Shown here: piece by piece, positions 1 through 10,318 of the stretch
Numbering within the stretch: the stretch's first letter is position 1
How the letters are laid out: every line of letters starts with the position of its first letter
Assembly (NCBI GenBank): GCA_963833225.1
Contig: CAWHXD010000008.1
Location: forward strand, 672,001-736,000
Length of the DNA: 64,000 nt
Direction of reading: 5' to 3'
Source of the DNA: an uncultured Chloroflexia bacterium
GTDB lineage: Bacteria > Chloroflexota > Limnocylindria > Limnocylindrales > CSP1-4
Notes under the pieces: model-generated
Databases searched by the model: none
What the model was told of the DNA's origin: nothing
What the model saw: the letters and a program-made list of their open reading frames with translations, nothing else
Made by a program: the position numbers and the translations under genes

Positions 1-406
1 CGACGAACGGGTTCTCGACCCGGATGCCGTCGAAGTCGGTGCCCGAGTCAAGGTCCTCGGACAGGACGACGGGACAGCCAAGGGCCCGGCTTGCCTCGAT
101 GATCGCGGCGTCCCAGTACGAGATGCCGAAGCGACGGCGCGTGCCGAGCGCGGCCGCCATCACGTCGACGGTGGTCTCCTGGACCGGGAACCGCCGCCAT
201 GCCTCGATGAGGCCAACGGCCTGTTCATGGGTGATCGCGTCCTGGCGGCTCGCGCGGGTCGCCTGGACATAGAACTCCTGCAGCACCTGGACCGACAACC
301 CCAGGTCGCCGGCCGCGAGGACCTCGTTGGCCCGGCGCGCCTTGCCTGCCTCGCCTGGGTCGCGCGAGATCGCGTACAGCAGGACGTTGGTGTCAGCGAA
401 TTGCAC
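1..406 (-). CDS. vapC: PIN-domain (VapC-like) toxin, 3' end runs off the window
   Basis: Manual translation from GTG at 406: MQFADTNVLLYAISRD...QVLQEFY...SYWDAAII...LSEDL, with the PIN acidic residues; overlaps the antitoxin stop; absent from the ORF track. Confidence 0.88.
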   Translation of the reverse strand, partial: MQFADTNVLLYAISRDPGEAGKARRANEVLAAGDLGLSVQVLQEFYVQATRASRQDAITHEQAVGLIEAWRRFPVQETTVDVMAAALGTRRRFGISYWDAAIIEASRALGCPVVLSEDLDSGTDFDGIRVENPFV

Positions 407-632
407 GATCGTGGATCTCGTCACGATCCAGGCGATCCCCAGCCCGGAAGTGCTTGATCTGGCGCTGGATCCGGCGCTGCTGCGCCTCGAGCCTCGAGAA
501 CTCCGCGCCGCCCACGGAGAGCGACGTCAGGTACTCGGCGACGATGGCGCTGACCGAGCTGCCGCGCTCGGCCGCCCTGATCCGCGCCAGCCGATACACG
601 TCATCGGGCACCGATACCGTGATGTTCCTCAT
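393..632 (-). CDS. Ribbon-helix-helix antitoxin (VapB-like)
   Basis: MRNITVSVPDDVYRLARIRAAERGSSVSAIVAEYL fits an RHH pattern; directly upstream of and overlapping the PIN gene. Confidence 0.85.
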   Translation of the reverse strand: MRNITVSVPDDVYRLARIRAAERGSSVSAIVAEYLTSLSVGGAEFSRLEAQQRRIQRQIKHFRAGDRLDRDEIHDRAIR

Positions 633-639
633 GGCACTC

Positions 640-675
640 ACCCTAACACAGCATCACAGGATCTGTGTGTCACAG
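640..675 (-). promoter_or_regulatory. TA promoter: extended -10 (TGtTAGGGT) with CACAG/CTGTG operator repeats
   Basis: TAGGGT at 645-640, 7 nt before the ATG; CACAG at 647, 655 and 671 and CTGTG at 663. Confidence 0.6.
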
Positions 676-690
676 TCCAGGAGATGGCCA

Positions 691-795
691 TCACGCCCCG
701 CCGGTGAACAGCGCGTAGGCCTGGATGCCCAGCCAGACCCCGGCCACCACGGAGGCGAGCAGGACCAGGTTCACCACCAGCCGCGGCAGCCTCAC
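691..795 (-). CDS. Small single-TM membrane protein (34 aa)
   Basis: MRLPRLVVNLVLLASVVAGVWLGIQAYALFTGGA*; GTGA overlap with the upstream stop; GGAGG RBS. Confidence 0.6.
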   Translation of the reverse strand: MRLPRLVVNLVLLASVVAGVWLGIQAYALFTGGA

Positions 796-1709
796 GAGCG
801 CTCCTCCAGCTCCGCCATGATCGCGGCCTTCGCCGTCTCGTACTCGTCCGGGTCCAGCAGGCCTCGGTCACGCATGTCGGCGAGGCGCTCCAGCCGGTCG
901 AGCAACGCCTGGGTGCCCTCGGTGAACGACGGCTCGGGACCGGGCTCGCCCGCCGGGGGGGCACCGGGCGGCGCTCCATCCGCCAGCTCGGCCAGCGGGG
1001 TCTCGTCCATCGACCTCGCGACCGCCGCCCCGAAGTCCGCCGCGATCCCGGCCAGCGCGCGCTGCTGCGCGGTCGGTGTGGAAGGGGCCGGGGCAACCGG
1101 GCGCGAGGGCTCAGGGGGACGCACCATGGGTTCCCACGTTCGCGGAGGCCGGGAAGGGCCCGGCAGTGAGGGGCCTCGAAGTGAGGGGCCCGGCGTCACG
1201 CGCGTCACCGGCGGCGGGTCGGTCCGGCCTCCCGCCGACAGCTTCGATGCGCCGCCCGCGACCAGGAACGACCCGACGCCCAGCAGCGGCACCGCGGCCA
1301 TCACCCAGAACATGATCCCCGGGATCGCCCAGCCGAGCTCGATCCCATCGGGCGCGTTGAACACGCCGTAGTCCATGAAGTTCCAGCCCAGCGACCCGAA
1401 CAGCCCGGCCCAGGCGAGGACCGGCACCGTGGCCCAGATGCCGCCGATCCGGATCCCGAACGCGGAGCCGACCGCGGCCGACGCCATACCCCCGAAGATG
1501 CCGAGGAGCAGGGCGGGCGTGGCGCCGTCCGGGCAGTGGGTGGCGATCTCGTACGGGCCCCCTTCCGCGCAGAAGCCGCCGATGTCCATCACCGCCCGCA
1601 TCCCGAGAAACACCAGGGTGATCCCCGCGGCCGTCCCGGCGATCCCGATCGCCGCCCCGGTCACCGCGCGGGCGGGGATCCCCGCCCGCGGCTTGTCAGT
1701 GATGCCCAT
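792..1709 (-). CDS. Membrane protein with Pro-rich linker and C-terminal SHOCT domain
   Basis: About 4 hydrophobic helices; C-terminus LERLADMRDRGLLDPDEYETAKAAIM is SHOCT-like. Confidence 0.75.
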   Translation of the reverse strand: MGITDKPRAGIPARAVTGAAIGIAGTAAGITLVFLGMRAVMDIGGFCAEGGPYEIATHCPDGATPALLLGIFGGMASAAVGSAFGIRIGGIWATVPVLAWAGLFGSLGWNFMDYGVFNAPDGIELGWAIPGIMFWVMAAVPLLGVGSFLVAGGASKLSAGGRTDPPPVTRVTPGPSLRGPSLPGPSRPPRTWEPMVRPPEPSRPVAPAPSTPTAQQRALAGIAADFGAAVARSMDETPLAELADGAPPGAPPAGEPGPEPSFTEGTQALLDRLERLADMRDRGLLDPDEYETAKAAIMAELEERS

Positions 1710-1730
1710 CCTGTCCTCCAGCGCGAGGAC

Positions 1731-3143
1731 CTACGGCCGGACGGCAGCCATCCGGTCGAGGATCAGTCGCTTGACACCCTCCACGGGCACGCGCTCCTGG
1801 GCCATCGAGTCCCGGTCGCGGATCGTCACCGCCCCGTCCTCGAGCGAATCCACGTCGACCGTCACGCACCACGGCGTGCCGATCTCGTCCTGGCGACGAT
1901 AGAGCTTCCCGATCGCGGCGGTGTCGTCGTAGACCGCCATCATGTCGCGCTTCAGATCGGCGAGGAGCCGGTGGCACAGCTCCACGATCTCGGGGCGCTT
2001 CTTGAGCAGTGGCAGGACGGCGACCTTGTACGGGGCGAGGTCGGGGTGCAGCCCGAGGACCACGCGGGTCTCCTCGCGGACCGGCTCCTCGCGGTAGGCG
2101 TCGATGAGGAACGTGAACGCGGCCCGGTCGGCGCCCGCGGCCGTCTCCACGACCCACGGGATGAAGTGCTCGCCGCTGGCCTGGTCGAAGTACTCCAGGT
2201 TCTCGCCGGACGCCCGGGCATGGTTGCCGAGGTCGAAGTCACCCCGGTTGTGGATGCCCTCGAGCTCCTTCCAGCCAAACGGGAAGCGGTATTCGACGTC
2301 GATCGCCTTCTTGGCGTAGTGGGCCAGCTCGTCGGGCGCGTGCTCGCGGAGGCGGAGGCGGGCCGGATCCACGCCGTAGGCCTCGTACCAGGCCTTGCGG
2401 CGCGGCAGCCAGAGCTCGAACGCCTCGGCCGCCCCCTCCCCGGGACGCACGAAGTACTGCATCTCCATCTGCTCGAACTCGCGCATCCGGAACACGAAGT
2501 TGCCGGGCGAGATCTCGTTACGGAAGGACTTGCCGATCTGCGCGATCCCGAACGGGATCTTCTTGCGCGAGCTCTGCTGGACGTTCTTGAAGTTGACGTA
2601 CGAGCCCTGGGCCGTCTCGGGCCGGAAGTAGACGACGTTGCCGTCGTCCTCTACGGGTCCCATGTGGCTGGTGAACATGAGGTTGAACTGCCGCGGCGCG
2701 GACAGCGGCTTGCCGTCGTTGGGACAGACCAGGCCCAGGCGCGCGCTGATCGTCTCGTCGCGGAGGTCAGTCTGGGTCAGGCCCTCGGTGCCCGGCAGCT
2801 CGTCGAGGCGGTACCGGCGGTGGCACTCGCCGCACTCGACCAGCGGGTCGCTGAACGACCCGACGTGGCCCGACGTCACCCACACCTGGGGGTGCATCAG
2901 GATGCCCGCGTCCAGGCCCACGATGTCGTTGCGGTCCTGGACCATCGCGCGCCACCAGGCGCGCTTGACGTTGTTCTTGAGCTCGACGCCCAGGGGCCCG
3001 TAGTCCCACACGGCGTTGATGCCGCCGTAGATCTCGGACGAGGGAAAGATGAAGCCGCGGCGCTTGGACAAGGAGACGATGGTCTCGAGGTTGGCGACGG
3101 CGGGCGCGACGGCGTTGGGATCAGCGGCGGGATCGAGGGTCAC
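1731..3143 (-). CDS. glyQS: Glycine--tRNA ligase, homodimeric (alpha2) type
   Basis: [55 protein letters not shown]. Confidence 0.97.
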   Translation of the reverse strand: MTLDPAADPNAVAPAVANLETIVSLSKRRGFIFPSSEIYGGINAVWDYGPLGVELKNNVKRAWWRAMVQDRNDIVGLDAGILMHPQVWVTSGHVGSFSDPLVECGECHRRYRLDELPGTEGLTQTDLRDETISARLGLVCPNDGKPLSAPRQFNLMFTSHMGPVEDDGNVVYFRPETAQGSYVNFKNVQQSSRKKIPFGIAQIGKSFRNEISPGNFVFRMREFEQMEMQYFVRPGEGAAEAFELWLPRRKAWYEAYGVDPARLRLREHAPDELAHYAKKAIDVEYRFPFGWKELEGIHNRGDFDLGNHARASGENLEYFDQASGEHFIPWVVETAAGADRAAFTFLIDAYREEPVREETRVVLGLHPDLAPYKVAVLPLLKKRPEIVELCHRLLADLKRDMMAVYDDTAAIGKLYRRQDEIGTPWCVTVDVDSLEDGAVTIRDRDSMAQERVPVEGVKRLILDRMAAVRP

Positions 3144-3180
3144 AAGAGGCTCCGAGGTCCCGTGGCCTTGGCAGGGACAC

Positions 3181-3300
3181 GGGTGGGCGACGAACTGGAC
3201 GGGATGCTTCGCAATCTAGCAGACGGGTCCTCTTGCCCGGGCCGATCGGCATGGCCCGGGTGAGATCGGCTCTAGTACGCTCAGCCAGTCTCGCTCGCTC
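3181..3300 (+). repeat. Long imperfect inverted repeat (rod hairpin A)
   Basis: 3181-3190 pairs with 3291-3300, 3194-3198 with 3285-3289, and 3231-3244 with 3252-3265 (G-U allowed). Confidence 0.55.
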
Positions 3301-3365
3301 AGTTTGGGATGTATCGCATGCGCACAACAGGGATTTGAAGGCTGGCCGCGACCGGGCTTGCCGCC

Positions 3366-4991
3366 GTGGTCGCCATGACCTCGGCACCTGCAGCAGGACG
3401 GGACGCCGGCGTCGCTGCAGCCACGAAGCCCTCCGCGGCGCTGGAGGCGTCGCTGCAGGCAGAGCCCAGCCAGCTCGAGTTCGGCGGCGTCGGTGAGCTC
3501 AGCTCGAAGACGATGACGGTCACGCTCACCTGGTCCGGGGACGGCGACCTCCTTGTTGACGGGTTCGGGTTCGAATCGCTGACGCTGGACCCGGTCCTCG
3601 ACTTCGCTGTCACCGCTGAGACCTGCACGGTCGCGCCCCTGCCCACTGGCGGCAGCTGCTCCGTGGACGTCACCTATGTCCCGACTGCCCAAGTCCGGCG
3701 ACAGGGGTACCTCTCGATCCTCGGGCCCGGCGGGGAGGTCCTCGCCTGGGCCGTCTTCCTCGACGGGTGGGGAGATCCCTACCAGCCATCATTCGAGTTC
3801 GGGCAGCCCACCACGGCTCAGTCGCCGTACGTGTGGAGTCACGGCTCCGCGCTGGCGCGGACCGCCAGAGCGGGCGGTGAGTACCTGCACCTGGTGTCGA
3901 TGACCGATCACGTGAGCGGGAGGTGGGTCCGTGATTCTGGCCCCCACCTCGCGGTGCGCTACCAGCGTTCGACGGATGGCGAAACGTGGAGCGCACGCAA
4001 GCGTGTGAACCCAAGCAGCGAGCACGGCTACTGGGCCGCAACCGCCGCGAGTGGCTCCAAGGTGCTCGTGACCTGGGTCCAGTCAGCGGAGCTTGACATG
4101 CCCAGCAACGCGCCCCGGGTACTCTATCTGCGGCGCAACACCGAGAGTGGTGCACGATCCGGATGGCGGTCGATCCAGCGACTATCGTCGCTCAGAGGGC
4201 GCGTCGACATGCCCGCCGTCGCGGTCAGCGGCAAGCGGGTGCTCGTTGCCTGGACCAACGGTGCCACCGGCGCCATCCGCGTCGCGAGGTCGACCGACGG
4301 CGGCAAGACCTTCAAGACCTCGACCGTGGGCAAGACGACTCACGTCACGACGCTCGGACGATCCGGGCGGCCCAAGGTGGCCATCAGCGGCAAGACCGCG
4401 ATCGTGGCGTGGATTTCGGACGGCAACGGGGGGCCGGTCAAGGCGCGGATCAGCACGGACGGAGCCTCCAGCTGGGGGCCGACGACCCTCGTGACCAACA
4501 GGTCGCACTCCGTCCACTCGGTGGCGGCAGGCCCGGGCCGGGCGATCGTGGCCGTCTCGGATGGCGAGATCATCACCCGGGAGTGGCGTGGAGCATGGGA
4601 CTCGACCATCGAGCTGCCGGTTCCCACGCTGTTCCAGGTCGAGACCGATCCGGTGATCGTGCTGCGCGGGCAGTCGACGATCGCCATGGCCTGGACCGGG
4701 TGCTCGAGCCAGTGGCGTGGCGACTGCGACTCCCTCTCGGATGACACCCGCCTGGATGTCGTGTGGGCGGAGTCGCCCGATGACGGGCTGCACTGGTCGG
4801 CCCCGATCCCGGTGGCCTGGGCCTCGTCCCTTGATCCGGTGCTAGTGAACCAGACGCCGTCGATCGTGTGGGGGTCCCGGCGCGTGGTCGCCTGGAACGT
4901 GAGCTCGGTCGTCCGCTCCAATCTGACGTTCACCGGGCAGTCGTCGTATCGGGTCGACGTCCGGGTCGGCGTGCCCGCCGCCGCACCGTGA
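3366..4991 (+). CDS. Putative exported protein: N-terminal Ig-like domain plus Asp-box (BNR) sialidase-like propeller
   Basis: CTVAPLPTGGSCSVDVTYVP Ig-like segment; Asp boxes RSTDGETW, RSTDGGKTF, ISTDGASSW, ESPDDGLHW; in-frame ATG at 3318 is interrupted by TGA at 3336. Confidence 0.7.
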   Translation: MVAMTSAPAAGRDAGVAAATKPSAALEASLQAEPSQLEFGGVGELSSKTMTVTLTWSGDGDLLVDGFGFESLTLDPVLDFAVTAETCTVAPLPTGGSCSVDVTYVPTAQVRRQGYLSILGPGGEVLAWAVFLDGWGDPYQPSFEFGQPTTAQSPYVWSHGSALARTARAGGEYLHLVSMTDHVSGRWVRDSGPHLAVRYQRSTDGETWSARKRVNPSSEHGYWAATAASGSKVLVTWVQSAELDMPSNAPRVLYLRRNTESGARSGWRSIQRLSSLRGRVDMPAVAVSGKRVLVAWTNGATGAIRVARSTDGGKTFKTSTVGKTTHVTTLGRSGRPKVAISGKTAIVAWISDGNGGPVKARISTDGASSWGPTTLVTNRSHSVHSVAAGPGRAIVAVSDGEIITREWRGAWDSTIELPVPTLFQVETDPVIVLRGQSTIAMAWTGCSSQWRGDCDSLSDDTRLDVVWAESPDDGLHWSAPIPVAWASSLDPVLVNQTPSIVWGSRRVVAWNVSSVVRSNLTFTGQSSYRVDVRVGVPAAAP

Positions 4992-5075
4992 TGGCTTGTC
5001 GCTCGGCGGCTAGACTGACGGCGCCGAGCGCAACTGCCCTGCCAGCGCCGGAATCGAGGAGGACCCAGACGCGCA

Positions 5076-5741
5076 ATGGACGCTCGGAAGTACGCAGCTG
5101 AGCTGCTCGGCTCGTTCCTGTTCTTCAGCATCGGCTACCTGTCGGTCGGTGCCGCGGGCGCGGCGGGGCTGACGACGGCGCTGCCGATCGTGCCGTTCTC
5201 GTTCGGCCTTGGGCTGCTCGCGGCCATCTTTGCCTTCGGCCACATCTCGGGTGGCCACTTCAACCCGGCCGTCACGGTGGCGATGGTGCTCGACGGGCGG
5301 ACCACGCCAACCGATGCGGTGGGCTACATCGTTGCCCAGGTCGTGGGCGCCCTCGCGGCCGGCGTGCTGGTCATGGTCGCGGTCAGCCAGGAAGCCGTCT
5401 GGTCGGGCATCACGGCTCCGGGAAAGGGTGTCTCGGACCTTGGCGCCGCGCTCATCGAGATCGTGCTGACGGCGGGCTTCATCGCGGTGATCCTCGCCTC
5501 GACCAAGCGGGCCCCGGCGCTGGCAGCGCTGGCGATCCCGCTCTCGCTCGTCGCCATCCACTTTGCCAGCGCCTCGCTCTCCGGCGCGTCCGTGAACCCG
5601 GCCCGCTCGATCGGCTCGGCGGTGGTGGGCGGCGACCTGTCCAAGCTCTGGATCTACCTCGTGGCGCCGACCGTGGGTGCGGTCCTCGGCTGGCTCGCGT
5701 GGAAGGTCATGGACGGCGGCGCCGACCCCGTGCAGGCGTAG
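5076..5741 (+). CDS. MIP-family channel (aquaporin)
   Basis: [10 protein letters not shown] and GASVNPARS (two NPA motifs); 6 TM segments. Confidence 0.95.
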   Translation: MDARKYAAELLGSFLFFSIGYLSVGAAGAAGLTTALPIVPFSFGLGLLAAIFAFGHISGGHFNPAVTVAMVLDGRTTPTDAVGYIVAQVVGALAAGVLVMVAVSQEAVWSGITAPGKGVSDLGAALIEIVLTAGFIAVILASTKRAPALAALAIPLSLVAIHFASASLSGASVNPARSIGSAVVGGDLSKLWIYLVAPTVGAVLGWLAWKVMDGGADPVQA

Positions 5742-5788
5742 TCACCGGACGGCACTGTCGGGAGCCACTGCCCCGGGAGGACGACGAC

Positions 5789-7324
5789 ATGGAGCCCCGC
5801 CGATACGTCGGTGCCCTGGACCAGGGCACGACCAGCAGCCGCTTCATGGTCTTCGACCGATCGGGGTCCGTGGTTGCGCTCGACCAGCGGGAGCATACCC
5901 AGCTGTACCCGAAACCCGGCTGGGTGGAGCACGACCCGCTCGAGATCTGGGCCCGGTGCCGCGAGGTCATCGGCGGCGCCATGGCCAGCGCCGGCCTCGC
6001 CGCCCCGGACCTCGCGGCCATCGGGATCACGAACCAGCGGGAGACCGCGATCGTCTGGGATCGCCGGACCGGGGAACCGGTCCACAACGCCATCGTGTGG
6101 CAGGACACCCGGACCGGAGAGATCGTGGACGAGCTTGCCCGCGATGGGGGGCCTGGCCGCTTTCGCGCGATGACGGGCCTGCCGCTGGCGACCTACTTCT
6201 CGGGGCCCAAGGTCCGCTGGATCCTCGACCACGTCGAGGGCGCGCGGGACCGGGCGGAGGCGGGCGAGCTGCTGTTCGGCACGGTGGATTCGTGGCTCAT
6301 CTGGAACCTGACCGGCGGCGCTCGCGGCGGCGTCCATCTCACCGACGTCACCAACGCCTCGCGGACGCAGCTCATGGATCTCGCGACGCTCGACTGGGAT
6401 GACGGGATCCTGGAGGCGATGAGCATCCCGCGAGCGATGCTGCCGGCCATCCGGTCGTCGTCCGAGGTGCTGGCCACGTGCACGGGTGTCCTCGACGGGG
6501 TCCCCCTTGCGGGTGTCCTCGGTGACCAGCAGGCGGCCCTGTTCGGGCAGGTGTGCTTCGACGCCGGCGAGGCCAAGAACACCTACGGGACCGGCTGCTT
6601 CCTGCTCCTCAACACCGGCGAACAGCGGGTGACGTCGGAGCGGGGACTGCTGACCACGGTCGCCTACCGGCTGAGAACGGCCCCGCCCGTCTACGCCTTG
6701 GAAGGTTCGATCGCAATCGCGGGCGCGCTGGTGCAGTGGCTGCGCGACAACCTGGGCATCATCGGATCGGCGGCGGAGGTGGAGCAGCTGGCCGCGTCGG
6801 TCGAGGACAACGGCGGGGTCTCCTTCGTCCCGGCCTTCTCGGGCCTGTTCGCCCCCTACTGGCGGGCCGATGCCCGGGGCGTGATCGCGGGTCTCACCCG
6901 GTACGCCACCAAGGCGCACATCGCGCGTGCGAGCCTCGAGGCCACCGCCTGGCAGGTCCGCGAGATCCTGGACGCGATGAACGCGGATTCGGGCGTTCCG
7001 TTGACGGAGCTGCGGGTCGACGGCGGGATGGTCGCCAACAGCCTGCTCATGCAGCTGCAGGCAGACGTGCTCGGCGTGCCGGTGGTCCGGCCGGTGGTCT
7101 CCGAGACGACGGCGCTGGGCGCCGCCTACGCAGCCGGCCTGGCCGTGGGCTACTGGTCATCGCTCGACGAGCTGCGAGCCAACTGGGCCCGCGGCGCCGA
7201 GTGGACCCCGTCCATGGACCCCGACGCGCGCGAGCGCGCGCATGCGACCTGGAACAAGGCCGTCACGCGGACCTTCGACTGGGTCGAGAGCGGGGCGCCG
7301 GAACCGGGCAGCGCCGCCCCGTGA
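5789..7324 (+). CDS. glpK: Glycerol kinase
   Basis: [41 protein letters not shown]; ATG at 5789 after GGGAGG. Confidence 0.97.
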   Translation: MEPRRYVGALDQGTTSSRFMVFDRSGSVVALDQREHTQLYPKPGWVEHDPLEIWARCREVIGGAMASAGLAAPDLAAIGITNQRETAIVWDRRTGEPVHNAIVWQDTRTGEIVDELARDGGPGRFRAMTGLPLATYFSGPKVRWILDHVEGARDRAEAGELLFGTVDSWLIWNLTGGARGGVHLTDVTNASRTQLMDLATLDWDDGILEAMSIPRAMLPAIRSSSEVLATCTGVLDGVPLAGVLGDQQAALFGQVCFDAGEAKNTYGTGCFLLLNTGEQRVTSERGLLTTVAYRLRTAPPVYALEGSIAIAGALVQWLRDNLGIIGSAAEVEQLAASVEDNGGVSFVPAFSGLFAPYWRADARGVIAGLTRYATKAHIARASLEATAWQVREILDAMNADSGVPLTELRVDGGMVANSLLMQLQADVLGVPVVRPVVSETTALGAAYAAGLAVGYWSSLDELRANWARGAEWTPSMDPDARERAHATWNKAVTRTFDWVESGAPEPGSAAP

Positions 7325-8976
7325 ACGCCGGATCCATCCCCCACACCGCGGACGTCGTCGTCATCGGCGGCGGCGCGACCGGCGCGGGGGTGCTCCGGGA
7401 TCTCGCCCGTCGCGGCCTCCGCGCCCTGCTGGTGGAGCGCGGTGACTTTGGCACCGGGACCAGCGGCCGCTACCACGGCCTGCTGCACTCCGGCGGGCGC
7501 TACGTGGGCCGGGACCGGGTCACGGCGCGGGAGTGCATCACGGAGAACCGCGTGCTGCGCCGGATCGCACCGGCGAGCATCGAGGACACCGGCGGCTACT
7601 TCGTGGCGACGCCCGATGACCCCGATGACTACGTCGAGTCGTTCGCCGCCAACTGCGAGCTGAGCGGGGTGCCCTGCGAGGAGGTCGGGGTCGCCGGGCT
7701 GCTTGGCCGCGAGCCGGCGCTCAACCCCGCCATCCGGCGGGCGTTCCGCGTCCCGGATGGATCCATCGAGGCGTGGCAGCTGATCGAGGCCACGGTCGCC
7801 GACGCCCGCGTCCACGGCTCGGCCGCCCTCCCCTACCAGCGCGTGATCGGGATGGAGCGGACGGCGAGCCGGATCGTCGCCGTGACGCTGCGCGACGAGC
7901 GGACCGGCAGCGTCTCACGCGTGTGGACGTCGTTCGTGGTGTCAGCGGCCGGCGCCTGGGCGGGCCAGGTCGCCGCCCACGCGGGCGTGAGGATCGAGAT
8001 GACCCCGGGCAAGGGCACCATGCTGATCTACAACCAGCGGATGACCGACGCGGTGATCAACCGCTGCCACCCCTCCTCGGACGGCGACATCATGGTCCCG
8101 GTCCACACGGTGGCGATCCTCGGAACCACCGACCAGCCGGTCCCCGACCCGGACGACGACGAGGTCACCCGCGACGAGGTGCGGAGGCTCGTCGACGAGG
8201 GCGCGCGGATGGTTCCCGCCCTGCCTCGCATGCGGATCCTGCGGGCGTATGCGGGGGTCCGGCCGCTGTTCCGCCCGCCCGCCGTGGTCACCACGGCGGG
8301 CGACAACCGCGCGCTCACCCGGGCGCACGCGGTCCTTGACCACGCCGACCAGGGCGTCGACAACTTCGTGTCGGTCGTCGGGGGCAAGCTGACCACGTTC
8401 CGGCTCATGGCCGAGGAGACCGTCGACGCAGTGGCCGCCAAGCTGGGCGTGACGGCGCGATGCACGACGGCCGACGCGGTGCTGCCCGGCCAGGGTGACG
8501 GCCACAGCTACTGGCTCGGTCACCGACTCGCCGACCACGAGGCCGCGGGCGGCGGCGACGCGGACCTGCTGTGCGAGTGCGAGCTCGTCACCCGGCCGGC
8601 GGTGGAGACCTACCTGGACGCGCGCTGGCCGTGCACCATCGACGACGTCCGGCGCGGGACCCGCGTGGGGATGGGACCCTGCCAGGGAGCCTTCTGCACG
8701 TTCCGGGTCGCGGGCCTGATCGCGGAGCGCCAGGCGGGCGCTGCGACCGGACAGGACGACCCCGGGGCCGCGGACCGCCACGCCGGGATCGCGGACCGGG
8801 CGCTCAGGGGGTTCCTCCGCGAGCGGTTCAAGGGGACGCGGCCCATCGCAGAGGGACGACAGCTCCAGGAGCTGATGCTGGCGAACGCGATCTACACGGG
8901 CGTCCTTGCCATCGACTCACTGGCCGGGGATCCGGCGCCTGCCGGCCCGGAGGGGGACGACGATGCCGCACGCTGA
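7321..8976 (+). CDS. glpA: Anaerobic glycerol-3-phosphate dehydrogenase subunit A
   Basis: [39 protein letters not shown]-terminal CECE...[10 protein letters not shown]; GTG at 7321 overlaps the glpK stop. Confidence 0.93.
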   Translation: MNAGSIPHTADVVVIGGGATGAGVLRDLARRGLRALLVERGDFGTGTSGRYHGLLHSGGRYVGRDRVTARECITENRVLRRIAPASIEDTGGYFVATPDDPDDYVESFAANCELSGVPCEEVGVAGLLGREPALNPAIRRAFRVPDGSIEAWQLIEATVADARVHGSAALPYQRVIGMERTASRIVAVTLRDERTGSVSRVWTSFVVSAAGAWAGQVAAHAGVRIEMTPGKGTMLIYNQRMTDAVINRCHPSSDGDIMVPVHTVAILGTTDQPVPDPDDDEVTRDEVRRLVDEGARMVPALPRMRILRAYAGVRPLFRPPAVVTTAGDNRALTRAHAVLDHADQGVDNFVSVVGGKLTTFRLMAEETVDAVAAKLGVTARCTTADAVLPGQGDGHSYWLGHRLADHEAAGGGDADLLCECELVTRPAVETYLDARWPCTIDDVRRGTRVGMGPCQGAFCTFRVAGLIAERQAGAATGQDDPGAADRHAGIADRALRGFLRERFKGTRPIAEGRQLQELMLANAIYTGVLAIDSLAGDPAPAGPEGDDDAAR

Positions 8977-10318
8977 TGTCGTGGTCGTCGGGGCGGGCCT
9001 GGCCGGCCTCGTGGCGGCGGCGCGTCTCGCGGAGGCGGGAGCGACGGTCACGCTGGTGGCAAAGGGCCATGCCGGCACGCACTGGGGCAGCGGTGGCCTC
9101 GACGTGGCCGCGCCCGCGGGGGCCCGCACGCCCGCGGAGGGCGTGGCGCAGCTTGCCGAGCTGGCCGAGCCGGCGGACCCGAACGGACACCCGTACGCGT
9201 TCCTGGCCCCGGACGTGGAGCCTTCGATCGCGTGGCTCCTGGAGACGCTCGCACTGGCGGGCCTCCCGTATGCGGGGACACCCGCTTCCGCGATCCGGCG
9301 GGCCCCCACGGCGATCGGTGGCACGCGGCCGGTGGCGATCGTGCCCGCCGCGCAGGCCGGGGCACTGCGCCCGTGGGGCGCCGACGAGGTGCTGGTCGTG
9401 GCCGGCCTGGCCGGGTTCAAGGACTTCTGGCCGGCGGCGATGGCGGCCAGCCTCTCCCGGGCGACCGTGTGGGGCGGCGCCGATCGGCCGTCCGACGTGC
9501 GCGCGATCACGGTGGACCTCCCGGGGTTGGCGGGCCGCCACAACCGCAACGCCCCGCTCCTGGCCGCCCGGTTTGACGACCCGGATACGCGCCCCGATGA
9601 CGTCGAGCGGATCGCGGCCGAGGTGGGGCGGGCGGCGGGCGGGCGGCCAGGCCGGGTGGCGCTGCCGGCCGTCATGGGCCTGGCCCACCACGCGGATGTC
9701 TGGGCGGCGCTGACGGCCCGGCTGCCGCTCGAGCCGTTCGAGGTGCCGCTGGTCCCGCCCAGCGTGCCGGGAATGCGCCTCTGGCGCGCCCTCCGCGAGC
9801 ACATCCGCTCCCTGGGTGGGCACGTCCAGGTGGGGGACGCCGTCGCCCGCATCCACGTGTCGCACGGCAGCGTCACCGGGGTCGAGATGCACGCAGCGGC
9901 GCGGATGCACCTCGTCCGGGCCGGGGCCCTGGTGCTCGCCACGGGTGGGATCGCTGGAGGCGGGCTCGTGGCCCGGGCCGACGGCACGCTCGAGGAGCCG
10001 CTGTTGGGCCTCCGCGTGGTCGCGCCGGCGGTGGATGCGTGGCTCGCCCGAGACGGCCTCGATCCGGCCGGCCACCCGATCGACGGCGCCGGTGTCGTGG
10101 TCGACGCCCGGCTTCGACCGCTCGGCCCGGGCGGCCGGCCGGCGTTCGCGAACGTCGTGGTTGCCGGCGGGCTCCTCGCGGGCCAGCATGCCGTCCGCGA
10201 GCGGTGCGGCGACGGCGTCGCCGTCGCGTCGGGGTGGCGAGCGGCGGGCGAGCTGGCGGCGGGTGCAGCCGGCGTCCCCGCCGTCCACCAGCCCGTCTCC
10301 GGGAGGACACAGGCGTGA
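8963..10318 (+). CDS. glpB: Anaerobic glycerol-3-phosphate dehydrogenase subunit B
   Basis: VVGAGLAGL, PPSVPGMRL, VLATGG, CGDGVAVASG; lies between glpA and glpC. Confidence 0.9.
   Translation: MPHADVVVVGAGLAGLVAAARLAEAGATVTLVAKGHAGTHWGSGGLDVAAPAGARTPAEGVAQLAELAEPADPNGHPYAFLAPDVEPSIAWLLETLALAGLPYAGTPASAIRRAPTAIGGTRPVAIVPAAQAGALRPWGADEVLVVAGLAGFKDFWPAAMAASLSRATVWGGADRPSDVRAITVDLPGLAGRHNRNAPLLAARFDDPDTRPDDVERIAAEVGRAAGGRPGRVALPAVMGLAHHADVWAALTARLPLEPFEVPLVPPSVPGMRLWRALREHIRSLGGHVQVGDAVARIHVSHGSVTGVEMHAAARMHLVRAGALVLATGGIAGGGLVARADGTLEEPLLGLRVVAPAVDAWLARDGLDPAGHPIDGAGVVVDARLRPLGPGGRPAFANVVVAGGLLAGQHAVRERCGDGVAVASGWRAAGELAAGAAGVPAVHQPVSGRTQA

Noticed and set aside
3144-3300. T-box riboswitch upstream of glyQS
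   Set aside because: No T-box consensus seen, and the inferred leader is too short
3336-3338. Selenocysteine or recoded TGA
   Set aside because: It lies in a signal-peptide position, and TGA is used as a normal stop throughout the window
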